Under the pieces are notes generated by a model. That model saw only the letters and a program-made list of their open reading frames with translations, was not told where the DNA came from and did not search any database. A stretch of 64,000 nt of DNA from Myxococcota bacterium (lineage in GTDB: Bacteria; Myxococcota_A; UBA796; SXON01): NCBI GenBank assembly GCA_040386535.1, contig JAZKFH010000042.1, positions 96,001 to 160,000 of the forward strand, read 5' to 3'. This document shows, in pieces, positions 1 to 8,068 of this stretch; position 1 is the stretch's first letter, and each line of letters begins with the position of its first letter. A program made the position numbers and the translations under genes.

Positions 1-582
1 ACATCCGGTGTTGGCTCCGGCGGCCGCGACCGTCCCCGGCTGCTGGTTGATCCCCGCGTCGTTCATGTGCGCCGTGTCCCACACCCCGCTGCTCGTCCCG
101 AAGTAGTCCACCACCGGGTGTCCCCCGTCGTACGTGTCGTTGCAGGCCTCGGCGTCGTACGTGTCCCCGTAGGGGTACGTCGTCGCCTCCGGCCCCCCGC
201 ACGCCCGCATCCACTCCCCCACCGAACAGAGCCGCTTCCCCGCCGCCGCACACGCCTCCGCCGCCACGTCCCCGCTGATGTACCCCTGCGGCACCGTCCC
301 CGCCCTGGACACCGCCACCCCCGCCTCGGGCACCTCGTAGGGCGACCACCATTCCAGCCCCGCCTCCCACCGGTCGACACACGCGGCGCCGGCGAGGGCC
401 ATCTCGGGCGGGCAGGGCCCCTCGTCCGGCTCTGTATCAGATGTATCAGATGTATCAGATGTATCAGATGTATCAGATGTATCGATGGATGTATCAACCG
501 CCGAGGTGTCCGTGCCGGCGTGGCGGATCTTGCCGCCTTCGGGCGCCGAACACGCGAGGACGAGCAGCCAGGAGGTCAGCAT
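1..582 (-). CDS. FGE-sulfatase (SUMF1/EgtB/PvdO) family lipoprotein, truncated by the window start
   Basis: My translation (not in the ORF track): MLTSWLLVLAC lipobox, DTS-repeat linker, then CPPEMA..CVDRWEA..PQGYISGDVAAEACAAAGKRLCSVGEWMRACGGPEATTYPYG, typical of FGE-sulfatase domains. The frame stays open to position 1. Confidence 0.8.
   Translation of the reverse strand, partial: MLTSWLLVLACSAPEGGKIRHAGTDTSAVDTSIDTSDTSDTSDTSDTSDTEPDEGPCPPEMALAGAACVDRWEAGLEWWSPYEVPEAGVAVSRAGTVPQGYISGDVAAEACAAAGKRLCSVGEWMRACGGPEATTYPYGDTYDAEACNDTYDGGHPVVDYFGTSSGVWDTAHMNDAGINQQPGTVAAAGANTGC
432..495. repeat. 9-bp tandem repeat (GATGTATCA)n encoding a DTS linker
   Basis: Direct reading: five or more tandem copies plus degenerate copies. 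Confidence 0.95.
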
Positions 583-636
583 CCGGGGGCCTAACGCGCT
601 TCCCTGGCGGGGAGAGGTGGGTTAGATGGGCGGGAC

Positions 637-713
637 GCTTCCGTAGCTCAGCTGGATAGAGCAACAGATTTCTACTCTGTGGGTCGCTGGTTCGAATCCA
701 GCCGGGGGCGCCA
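637..713 (+). tRNA. tRNA-Arg(TCT)
   Basis: Cloverleaf: acceptor GCTTCCG/CGGGGGC (two G-U pairs), D-arm GCTC-AGCTGGATA-GAGC, anticodon stem ACAGA/TCTGT with loop TTTCTAC, T-arm GCTGG-TTCGAAT-CCAGC, encoded CCA. Confidence 0.95.
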
Positions 714-729
714 TTGTTCTGATTGGCGT

Positions 730-1134
730 TCACGGCCCGGTAGGACGAAGCCAATCTTCCAAGATCAATCCCGGCAGTCTCTCGTAGTGTCGCCGGTTGC
801 CCGTGATGATCGTAGCCCCTCGGCTGAGCGCCACGGACCCGATGAACAGGTCGGCGTCCGCGACGATCTGTCCTTGGCTCGCCAGCCTCGCCTTGACCTC
901 GCCGAACACACGCGCGCTGGCGAGGTCGAGCCCGAGCACGGGGAGAGTGGCCAGGAAGCGCACGACCAGCGCGCTGTTGGCGTCCGGCTTGATCGACTTT
1001 GCGGCCCCGTAGAAGAGCTCGGAAGCCGTCACCCAGGTCGTCGCAACCTCTTCCGTCTCGGCGAGTCTTCGATCGATCACCCCGGTGTACCCGCGGAGCA
1101 GTCCGATGCACGTGTCCGTGTCGAGGACCTTCAC
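730..1134 (-). CDS. vapC: PIN-domain VapC toxin
   Basis: VLDTD N-terminus, ELFYG, DADLFI, TGNRRHY..LEDW; overlaps the upstream antitoxin by 4 bp. Confidence 0.92.
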   Translation of the reverse strand: MKVLDTDTCIGLLRGYTGVIDRRLAETEEVATTWVTASELFYGAAKSIKPDANSALVVRFLATLPVLGLDLASARVFGEVKARLASQGQIVADADLFIGSVALSRGATIITGNRRHYERLPGLILEDWLRPTGP

Positions 1135-1403
1135 AGGGAATCGATGTCGCGACCGACTCTACGGGCCGCATAGATGTCGGTGGTCTCCTCGTCGAGCGTT
1201 CGTTCGCTCGTCCAGCCACCCGCGAGGGCCCGCCAGGCCTCCACCTGCCGCCGCGCACGTTCCGGGGCGGTCTCGAGCGCCCCCAGCCCGCCCTCGATGA
1301 GCACCAGAGCCTCCTGATTCAGGCTCCGACGCTCGCGTGCCGCCGCCGTACGAAGGCGAGCGAGCAGCTCTTCGGGGACATCCTTCAGCGTGATGGACGG
1401 CAC
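1131..1403 (-). CDS. vapB: FitA/VapB-like ribbon-helix-helix antitoxin
   Basis: MPSITLKDVPEELLARLRTAAARERRSLNQEAL is an Arc/FitA-type RHH; translationally coupled to vapC. Confidence 0.88.
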   Translation of the reverse strand: MPSITLKDVPEELLARLRTAAARERRSLNQEALVLIEGGLGALETAPERARRQVEAWRALAGGWTSERTLDEETTDIYAARRVGRDIDSL

Positions 1404-1422
1404 ATGTCACCTCGTCGGTTCC

Positions 1423-1451
1423 ATTATGGTTCCCAAACGGAAGTAGGTCAA
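1423..1451 (-). promoter_or_regulatory. sigma-70-type promoter of vapBC
   Basis: Minus strand TTGACC-17 bp-CATAAT, 19 bp before the GTG start. GGAACC direct repeats flank the -10 and may be the RHH operator. Confidence 0.7.
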
Positions 1452-1498
1452 CCCCAGTGTCGACGCTTGGCCACGCATGCCCGGGCAGGGCCCCGGAT

Positions 1499-1651
1499 TG
1501 TAGCCGCGCTCACACGCGATCCCTACCCCGTCGCCTGCCGTTTCAGCACGCCGATCCGCGGAAGCATAGCATCCAACAGCCCCATCTGTGCCCGAACGTC
1601 GCGATCTGGCGCGACACAAAGGGTTCCAATAAGTTCAAGCAAGGGGCGCCA
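1499..1651 (+). repeat. ~153-bp imperfect direct repeat, copy 1, ending in a tRNA-3'-like sequence (att-like)
   Basis: Aligns with 3300-3452 at a constant offset of 1801; ends GGTTCCAAT...GGGGCGCCA, compared with tRNA GGTTCGAAT...GGGGGCGCCA. Confidence 0.85.
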
Positions 1652-1739
1652 TACAGCCCACCGATCGCTTCGCAGCCTCAAAGGTTACTTTTCCGTTCAG
1701 ATCCTCGTGCGGTATCAAGGTTTGCTCATGCGGAGTGTC

Positions 1740-2681
1740 CTACTCGCCGCCCATCGGGAGCACTGCGGGCCTGGCGCCTTCAGCCCCGAGCGCCGCCGAG
1801 GTGCCGCTTGCGAGAGCATCCACCTGCCCAGCGCCCCAGCGCGCCAGGAGCTCCCAAGCTTGAGGCTCCCCTCGCGTCTGCGGCGGTGCTGCAAGGCCGA
1901 GCAACTGGGCCAGCGGCGCCACGGCGTCGTGTAGCGTGTTGGCTTGGACCCGGCGCACGGCGGACGAGGTCCCCTCCATGGCAGCGAGATCGAGGAGCAT
2001 CGTCACGAGCTCGAACACCGGGAGCCATTGGGGACTCGCGGGCGGGACTCCCCCGAGCACCGTCGCCAACGCCGCCGGGTTGGTAAGCCGAAAGCGAAGC
2101 GCGTTCCCGCTCGGTAGCCGCACCACGATGCCCGCAGCCTCGAGCTCCGAGAGCGTCCGCGCCACGTTCCGCTTCGAGTGTCCTGCCTCGGCGAGCATCG
2201 CCGCGGTGGACCATGCGCCGGGACGCGCGAGCAGATCGCAAAGCACATCCGCACGGGATCCGACGCCGCAGAGCGCGCGTGCGCGCAGGCGAACCAGCGC
2301 AGGGCGCTCGATCGGCAACGGGACCGGACGGAGGCGCGGGAGCGGGTCCCAGATCTGGCCGGCAGCGGGCCACCGTGTGCCGGCTAAGTGGTTGACCGTG
2401 GTGGCGAACGCCTCGAAGTTCACCCGCGCCTGGGGCGGGAGCTTCTTGACCAGCGTGGCCAACCGACCGGCGTTCACGCGGTCGGCGTGGTCGACGCACC
2501 ACGACAGTACCTGCTCCAACAGGCGCGGATCTTCGTGTGCCAGCGTGGGCGTGAACACGAGCAGCGGCTCCAGATCGATCGACGTAGACGAGTGTTTGCG
2601 AGCCACGCCGGGCACCCCGAGCTCGCTCCACAGGCTCCACGCCAGGTCGCCCGCGGCGCGCCGAATCGCCTCGCTATACAT
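1740..2681 (-). CDS. Winged-HTH-containing protein, probable partner/antitoxin of the adjacent nucleotidyltransferase
   Basis: Start MYSE overlaps the upstream stop. HTH-like segment STAAMLAEAGHSKRNVARTLSELEAAGIV; N-terminal AWSLWSELGV..IDLEPLL. Confidence 0.65.
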   Translation of the reverse strand: MYSEAIRRAAGDLAWSLWSELGVPGVARKHSSTSIDLEPLLVFTPTLAHEDPRLLEQVLSWCVDHADRVNAGRLATLVKKLPPQARVNFEAFATTVNHLAGTRWPAAGQIWDPLPRLRPVPLPIERPALVRLRARALCGVGSRADVLCDLLARPGAWSTAAMLAEAGHSKRNVARTLSELEAAGIVVRLPSGNALRFRLTNPAALATVLGGVPPASPQWLPVFELVTMLLDLAAMEGTSSAVRRVQANTLHDAVAPLAQLLGLAAPPQTRGEPQAWELLARWGAGQVDALASGTSAALGAEGARPAVLPMGGE

Positions 2682-3245
2682 CGGGATCCTCGACGCCGAG
2701 CAAAGCGAGCGCCTGGACGAGCATGTCCCGGAAGCCCTCGGACGTGTCGTGGGTCCCACACCAGCGGGCGGAGGCGAGGAGCTCCTCGCGACCCGGGGTC
2801 AACCGCTGCAGGTCCTTGAAGTGCTTGCTGCGAGGCCCCCGATCGACCGCTGCGTACAGCTTGAAGGCAACTTGATCCACGCGTGAGGCCAATCGCACGG
2901 TGAGGCCCGCGTACTGGTGTGAGACGACGCGCTCGGCGAATCCCGGCGGCAGGCCGAACCGCAGCAAGTCGGTCGGGCCGGCGTTGAGCCAGTCATCGGC
3001 GAGGTCGAGGGCTCGACCCACCTCTCCAATCGCGGCCTGGCCAACGGACCGGGCATGGGCTTCCCCTCCAGCTACCTCTCCCCGTCGATGCGAGAGACGA
3101 TGTCGAGATCGCGAGTCGGTCGATCGATGAGCCCGAGCAGCAGCAGCGCCCCGCCCCCGATGACGACGATGTCGTAGTGCTGCCCGCGCGAGGCGAGAAG
3201 CGCGCCGAGAGTTTCGAGGGCCTCTTGGAGGTCGGCGTGGTGCAT
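2674..3245 (-). pseudogene. DUF6036/AbiEii-like nucleotidyltransferase, disrupted
   Basis: N-terminal VVIGGGAL..RPTRDLD motif, then an in-frame TAG at 3072-3074 and a frameshift near 3040, before the C-terminal WLNAGP..KLYAAVD..KHFKDL part. Confidence 0.8.
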
Positions 3246-3259
3246 GGCGAGAGTCTTCA

Positions 3260-3282
3260 ATCGAGACATCCAATGTCTCGAT
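3260..3282. promoter_or_regulatory. Perfect inverted repeat ATCGAGACAT-CCA-ATGTCTCGAT, candidate autoregulatory operator
   Basis: 10-bp arms, 14 bp upstream of the NTase start. Confidence 0.6.
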
Positions 3283-3299
3283 ACGGGACGCGGGCCGCC

Positions 3300-3452
3300 T
3301 GTAGCGCCGAATACATCACTTCCCTACCCCGCCTGCACGCGCCTCTGTACGCCGATCCGCGGAAGCACAGCATCCAGCAGCCCTATCTTAGCTCAAACGT
3401 CGGCATCTGGCGCAACGCAAAGGGTTCCAATCCGCTCAAGCAAGGGGCGCCA
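3300..3452 (+). repeat. ~153-bp imperfect direct repeat, copy 2, ending in a tRNA-3'-like sequence
   Basis: Shares ACGCCGATCCGCGGAAGCA, AAAGGGTTCCAAT and TCAAGCAAGGGGCGCCAT with copy 1. Confidence 0.85.
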
Positions 3453-3485
3453 TCGTCCTGCCTGGGGTTCCGCCCTGCCACGCTC

Positions 3486-3650
3486 AGGAACGAAGCCAAT
3501 CCTCCACGGCGTGCCCGCGGAGCAGCCCGATGCACGTGCCTGTATCGAGGACCTTCACAGGGAGTCGACGTCGCGACCCGCAGTACGCGCTGCATAGATG
3601 TCCGCGATCTGCTCGTCCAGCGTTGGTTCGCTCTCCCAGCCTCCCGCGAT
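3486..3650 (-). pseudogene. Internally deleted remnant of a second vapBC module
   Basis: Matches the vapC 3' end (CGAAGCCAATC, ~746), joined directly to sequence like 1085-1225 (vapC N-terminus VKVLDTGTCIGLLRG and the vapB C-terminus). Confidence 0.8.
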
Positions 3651-3890
3651 CGATCAAGTCCGGTCACGACGACGACGCGTACATGCACGCCAATGCACGG
3701 AGGGGCAACGAGGGTCACCGCCCGTAGTCCTCGTCGGAGTGTGCATGGGCGACCACGCAGGGCACGGTGCCTCGGCGCCCGGGACAACGGGGGTGTTGCC
3801 ATCGCTCACGCGGCGCCGACCGCGCCCGGTGAGCGATCCGGCCCACACGAACTTCAGCGCATCCGGCTGAGCCTCGCATAAACTCCCGCC

Positions 3891-5162
3891 GTGCTCGCCT
3901 CCCTCCTGTTCGCCACCGCGTTCGCCGCGTCGCTGTCGCTGCCCCCCGCGAGCGATCCGTCGGCGTGGTCGAGCGCAGCGCGCCTCGCGGGATTCACGCT
4001 CGCGCCTTCTGGATCTCCGGCCGATGTGATCTGCTTGGCGACGAATGGGGATTGGCAACTCCGGGTCGAAGGACTCGACGGGCAGGTGCGGTCGGTGAGC
4101 GTGGAGATCCCCGCGACCTCCGCGGAGCGCGAGGACATCGCGTGGCTGGCGGCGAGCCTGCTGGCGTCCGTCGTGGCGGACGGGGGCGGCGTACGCCCGG
4201 CCCTCGCGCCGATGATTGAACCCGCGACGTCTCAACGGCCCGCGCCGCCGCAACGGCCCACGACGCCGGAACGGCCCGCCGCGCGGCCGCCGCCCGCGAT
4301 GCCACCGGTCGCGCGCCTTCCCCGTGTCGCCGCGGAGCCATCGGCCCCCGAGGTGCCCCTGCCCGCCGTGGTGCTCCCGCCACCCGCCGCGGGGCTCCCG
4401 CCACCCGCCGCCGCGATCCCGCCACCGGCGGCGACGACACCGGCGGCGACGGCGGCGACGACGGCGGCGACGACACCGGCGGCGACGACACCGCCGGCCC
4501 CGACACCGCCGCCCCCCGACCTCCCCCTGCCCGCCGCGCTTCCGCCGGCCCCCGACCCCGCGATCGCGACCCTCGCCCCGCCCGGTCCGCTCCCCGCCTC
4601 CCCGCCCCTTCCGCCACCGCCCATCGCTCCCTCCGACGTGCCCCCGCCGATCGTCGCGCGTCCGCGACCGCGCCTCGGCCTCCAGGTCGCGCTCGGGCCC
4701 GCGGTGGTGCTCCGTCCGTCAATCGCGCCCGCCGTTGCCGTTCCCTTCGCCGCCGGGCTCCTGGTCGGCGGCCGCGACTGGTTCTTCGTCGAGGGCGCGC
4801 CCCTCACGGACCGGACGCTCGGCGCCCTCGGGGACGAGAGGCACGTCGCGACCGTCGAGGTGCGCGCGGGATACACGTGGTGCCTGGATCGTCCGTTCGC
4901 GCCGATGTTCGGCGCGGTCGCGGGGGTGTCGGTGCGCTCCTGGCACGAGGGGGACACCCGCGTGCACGCCGCCCCGATCCCGGTGCTCGGCGCGGAGGGC
5001 GGCGCGGTCCTCCGGCTCACGCCGGGGATGGCGCTCCGAGCGACCGCGCGGCTCGAAGGAGACCTCGCTCCTACCACGATCTCCGTCGGAGACGCGGCGG
5101 CCGAGCCGTTCTCGCCGTGGCAGCCGAGCCTGGGAATCTCGCTCATCGCGCACGTTCCGTGA
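3891..5162 (+). CDS. Secreted Pro/Thr/Ala-rich protein with a C-terminal beta-strand-rich (barrel-like) domain
   Basis: Signal peptide, long Pro-rich linker and amphipathic strands; first gene of the ECF locus. Confidence 0.7.
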   Translation: MLASLLFATAFAASLSLPPASDPSAWSSAARLAGFTLAPSGSPADVICLATNGDWQLRVEGLDGQVRSVSVEIPATSAEREDIAWLAASLLASVVADGGGVRPALAPMIEPATSQRPAPPQRPTTPERPAARPPPAMPPVARLPRVAAEPSAPEVPLPAVVLPPPAAGLPPPAAAIPPPAATTPAATAATTAATTPAATTPPAPTPPPPDLPLPAALPPAPDPAIATLAPPGPLPASPPLPPPPIAPSDVPPPIVARPRPRLGLQVALGPAVVLRPSIAPAVAVPFAAGLLVGGRDWFFVEGAPLTDRTLGALGDERHVATVEVRAGYTWCLDRPFAPMFGAVAGVSVRSWHEGDTRVHAAPIPVLGAEGGAVLRLTPGMALRATARLEGDLAPTTISVGDAAAEPFSPWQPSLGISLIAHVP

Positions 5163-5194
5163 TCGTTTTGCCGACCTGCTTGCTCTGATCGTTC

Positions 5195-5737
5195 GTGCAA
5201 GCCCCCTCCGCCCTCCTGCTCGATGCCGTACGTCGCGACGATGACGCCGCGCGCGTCGCGTTCGTCCGCACCTGGGGGCCGGTCGTGCTGCGGTGGTCCG
5301 CGCGGCTCGGCGGGCCGGGGGTCGATCCCGAGGACGTCGCGCACGACGTGATGCTGCGGGTGCTCGGCAGCCTCGGCCAGCTGCGTGCGCCCGAGGCCTT
5401 TCCGACCTGGCTGTTCCAGATCACGCGGCGGGAGGTGCAGCGTCATCGCCGCCGCGCGTGGTTCCGCCACTGGCTCCCCGGCGCCCCCGCCGACGCCGTC
5501 GATCCAGGCGTGGACCCCGCGCGGACCGACATCGTCCGCAAGGTGCAGCTCGCGCTCGACGCGCTGCCTGCCGAGCTGCGCGAGGTCCTGGTCCTGTGTG
5601 ACCTCGAGGAGCGCCCGGATCCCGAGGTGGCCCTCCTCCTCGCGATCCCGGTCGGCACGGTCAAGAGCCGCCTTCGGCGCGCGCGCGCGGCCTTCGAGGC
5701 CGAGGCCCGCCGCCGTCGCATCCCGGAGGAGCGATGA
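5195..5737 (+). CDS. ECF RNA polymerase sigma factor
   Basis: DPEDVAHDV, FPTWLFQI, LDALPAELREVLVL, IPVGTVKSRLRRAR (regions 2 and 4). Confidence 0.93.
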   Translation: MQAPSALLLDAVRRDDDAARVAFVRTWGPVVLRWSARLGGPGVDPEDVAHDVMLRVLGSLGQLRAPEAFPTWLFQITRREVQRHRRRAWFRHWLPGAPADAVDPGVDPARTDIVRKVQLALDALPAELREVLVLCDLEERPDPEVALLLAIPVGTVKSRLRRARAAFEAEARRRRIPEER

Positions 5738-6543
5738 TCGAGCGCATCGCCGAGGCCACCGAGCCGACGCCCGAGGCGTGCGAGCGGCTGACGGCGGCGT
5801 TCTCGAACCGGTCGACCCACGATCGGCTCGCGCACCTTCCGACCCCACCGGTCGACCTAGCGCGGCTGCTCGAGCCTCGCCGCTCCCGCGCCCCATGGCG
5901 ACTTCTCCCAGTCGCCGTCGCGATTGTGGTTGCGCTCGCAGTCGGGTTGCGGCCCTCTCCGCCGGTACGCGCCCAGCTGGACGCCCCGGCCGAGGTCGCC
6001 CTTGCGCTGACCCCCGAGGTCGCCCTGGTCTACGCCGGCGTGGGCGTGGTGGACGGGACCCGGGACGCCCCGCGGATTCAGTGGGAGGTCGGCGAGCTGA
6101 ACGTGTCCGTCGAGCCGGGCATCAAGCTCGCGGTCACGACGGACGAAGGCACCGCGCGGGTGCACGGCACCCGGTTCCGCGTCGTCCGCGACGTGTTCGG
6201 CACCACGGTGTCGGTCTCCGAAGGGGAGGTCGCCGTCAGCTGCGGCGCGGTCCTGCTCGGGCCCGGCGAGTCCCGCACCTGCCCGCCGCTCCGCCCCGCC
6301 GGGCTCCTCGCTCGGGCGCGCGCGCTCAGCGTCCGCTCGGACGCACTCGCCTCCGTACGAGACGGCTTGGCGATCGTCGGCTCCGACGATCCGGTGCGGG
6401 GGGAGCTCCTCGCGCTCCAAGCCAAGCTCTACGCCGAAGACGGCAACCCCGAGGCCGCCCGCTCCGCCGCCCGCCTCTACCTCGCCGGCGGCTACGCCGC
6501 GCGAACGTCCGCAATGCGCCACCTGTTGGAGACCACGCCATGA
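5734..6543 (+). CDS. FecR-domain anti-sigma factor
   Basis: TM segment, ARVHGTRFRV..TVSVSEGEVAV FecR motif and a TPR-like C-terminus; ATGA-coupled to the sigma gene. Confidence 0.85.
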   Translation: MIERIAEATEPTPEACERLTAAFSNRSTHDRLAHLPTPPVDLARLLEPRRSRAPWRLLPVAVAIVVALAVGLRPSPPVRAQLDAPAEVALALTPEVALVYAGVGVVDGTRDAPRIQWEVGELNVSVEPGIKLAVTTDEGTARVHGTRFRVVRDVFGTTVSVSEGEVAVSCGAVLLGPGESRTCPPLRPAGLLARARALSVRSDALASVRDGLAIVGSDDPVRGELLALQAKLYAEDGNPEAARSAARLYLAGGYAARTSAMRHLLETTP

Positions 6544-8057
6544 GAATCAGCCTCCTGTTCCTGCTCGCCGGCTGCCCCACCGACGAGGTCGAGTTTCCCG
6601 GCGACACCGGCGACACGGGCGCGGTCGACACGGACGACACGGACGACACGGACGACACGGACGACACGGACGACACCGACGACACCGACGACACGGACGA
6701 CACCGACACGGGCGGGCCATACGTCCCGATCGAGCGCTCGATCGACGACGCGGATCGGGTCCTCGCGGGCACCGACACCTGGGGCTACTCCGGCGGGTCC
6801 CTCTCGACCGCCGGGGACCTCGACGGCGACGGCCTTCCGGACCTCATCGTCGGCGCCTACAACGAGACGACGGGCGCCGCTCACTCCGGTGCCGTGTACC
6901 TCGTCACGGCAGCCGACCTCGCCGCGGCCGACCCCAGTGTGGACCACCGTCTCCCGACGATCGGACGGGAGCTCGTCGGCGACGGCCCCTTCTCCGGCGC
7001 AGGCATCAAGGTCGAGGGTGGCGAAGACGTGGACGGAGACGGCCTCGCGGACGTGATCGTGGCCGCGTTCCACAACCCCTACGACACCGGGTTCAACGGC
7101 GTGCACATCTTTTCGAGCCCAGCCACGGGCGCCGGCACGTCGGGCAGCATGGACGACGCCGAAGCCAGCTTCGCCTGCGCCGGCTCCCGCGCCAGCGGGT
7201 CAGCCGCGTTCGGTGGGGATGCCGACAGCGACGGCCGCGAGGACGTGCTGATCGGGTGCCCGTGGGACGGAGCGGGCGGCGTCGTCTACGTCATGGACGC
7301 CAGCACGCCCGGCTTGCAGGGCCCCGCCGATGCGAGGAGCAGCCTGGAATACGGGGTCGAGGGCTACTTTGCCGGCGAGACGTTGACGACGCTGGGCGAT
7401 GTCGACGGCGACGGCCTCGAGGACCTCGGCGTGGGCGGGCGCGGAATGGACTCGTGGGAGGCGCGCGGCTACGCCTGGGTCGTCGTGGACCACGATGCGG
7501 GTGACCACGCCATGGGGGACCAGGCGCACACGCTCATCAGCGAGACCCCGGGCGACTATGGCGGGTATCAGCTGGTGCGCGCGGGAGACGCGGACGGGGA
7601 CGGACGCGACGACGTGCTCGTCACCGCGATGGCCAGCGACTTCGGGGCCGACAACGGCGGGGCCATCATGCTGCTCTCGGGCGTGACGTGGGCCGCGGGC
7701 TCGACCACCTCGCTGCCGGACGGCGTGACGCTGATGCTTTATGGCACCGACGCCGAGGGCTACGCCGGGGCCTGGTCCGCGCCCGCTGGCGATGTCGACG
7801 GCGACGGGGAGCGAGACCTGCTCATCGGGGGCGCGACCGGGTGGCTGCAGTACGGGCCGTTCGGGACGGGCACGGTCCCCCTCTCGGGGGTGGCCGACTC
7901 CATCACGGGGACGTCGGAGTACGGCGTGGCGGGGCTCGCAGGCCTCGGGGACATCAACGCGGATGGCTTCGACGACTTCGCCGTGGCCGACCGGGGCGCG
8001 GACACGGACATGCTCGAAGCCGGGAAGACCTACCTCTTCTACGGAGCCGAGCGGTAG
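6540..8057 (+). CDS. FG-GAP/integrin-alpha-like beta-propeller lipoprotein
   Basis: MRISLLFLLAGC lipobox, DDT repeats, repeated GDLDGDGLPDLIVGA-type motifs. Confidence 0.88.
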   Translation: MRISLLFLLAGCPTDEVEFPGDTGDTGAVDTDDTDDTDDTDDTDDTDDTDDTDDTDTGGPYVPIERSIDDADRVLAGTDTWGYSGGSLSTAGDLDGDGLPDLIVGAYNETTGAAHSGAVYLVTAADLAAADPSVDHRLPTIGRELVGDGPFSGAGIKVEGGEDVDGDGLADVIVAAFHNPYDTGFNGVHIFSSPATGAGTSGSMDDAEASFACAGSRASGSAAFGGDADSDGREDVLIGCPWDGAGGVVYVMDASTPGLQGPADARSSLEYGVEGYFAGETLTTLGDVDGDGLEDLGVGGRGMDSWEARGYAWVVVDHDAGDHAMGDQAHTLISETPGDYGGYQLVRAGDADGDGRDDVLVTAMASDFGADNGGAIMLLSGVTWAAGSTTSLPDGVTLMLYGTDAEGYAGAWSAPAGDVDGDGERDLLIGGATGWLQYGPFGTGTVPLSGVADSITGTSEYGVAGLAGLGDINADGFDDFAVADRGADTDMLEAGKTYLFYGAER

Positions 8058-8068
8058 GGCGGGGCGCC

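Noticed and set aside
63..659. ORFs with IHLIHL, CIRCIR or MYQMYQ repeats
   Set aside because: Alternative frames of the 9-bp DTS repeat in the minus-strand lipoprotein gene.
1620..1651. Second tRNA gene or sigma-54 promoter in the repeat end (also 3421-3452)
   Set aside because: No cloverleaf upstream; minus-strand TGGCGCCCCTTGC is 2 bp too short for -24/-12 spacing.
3072..3074. Programmed readthrough or pyrrolysine at the in-frame TAG
   Set aside because: A separate frameshift follows within ~30 bp, so decay is the simpler explanation.
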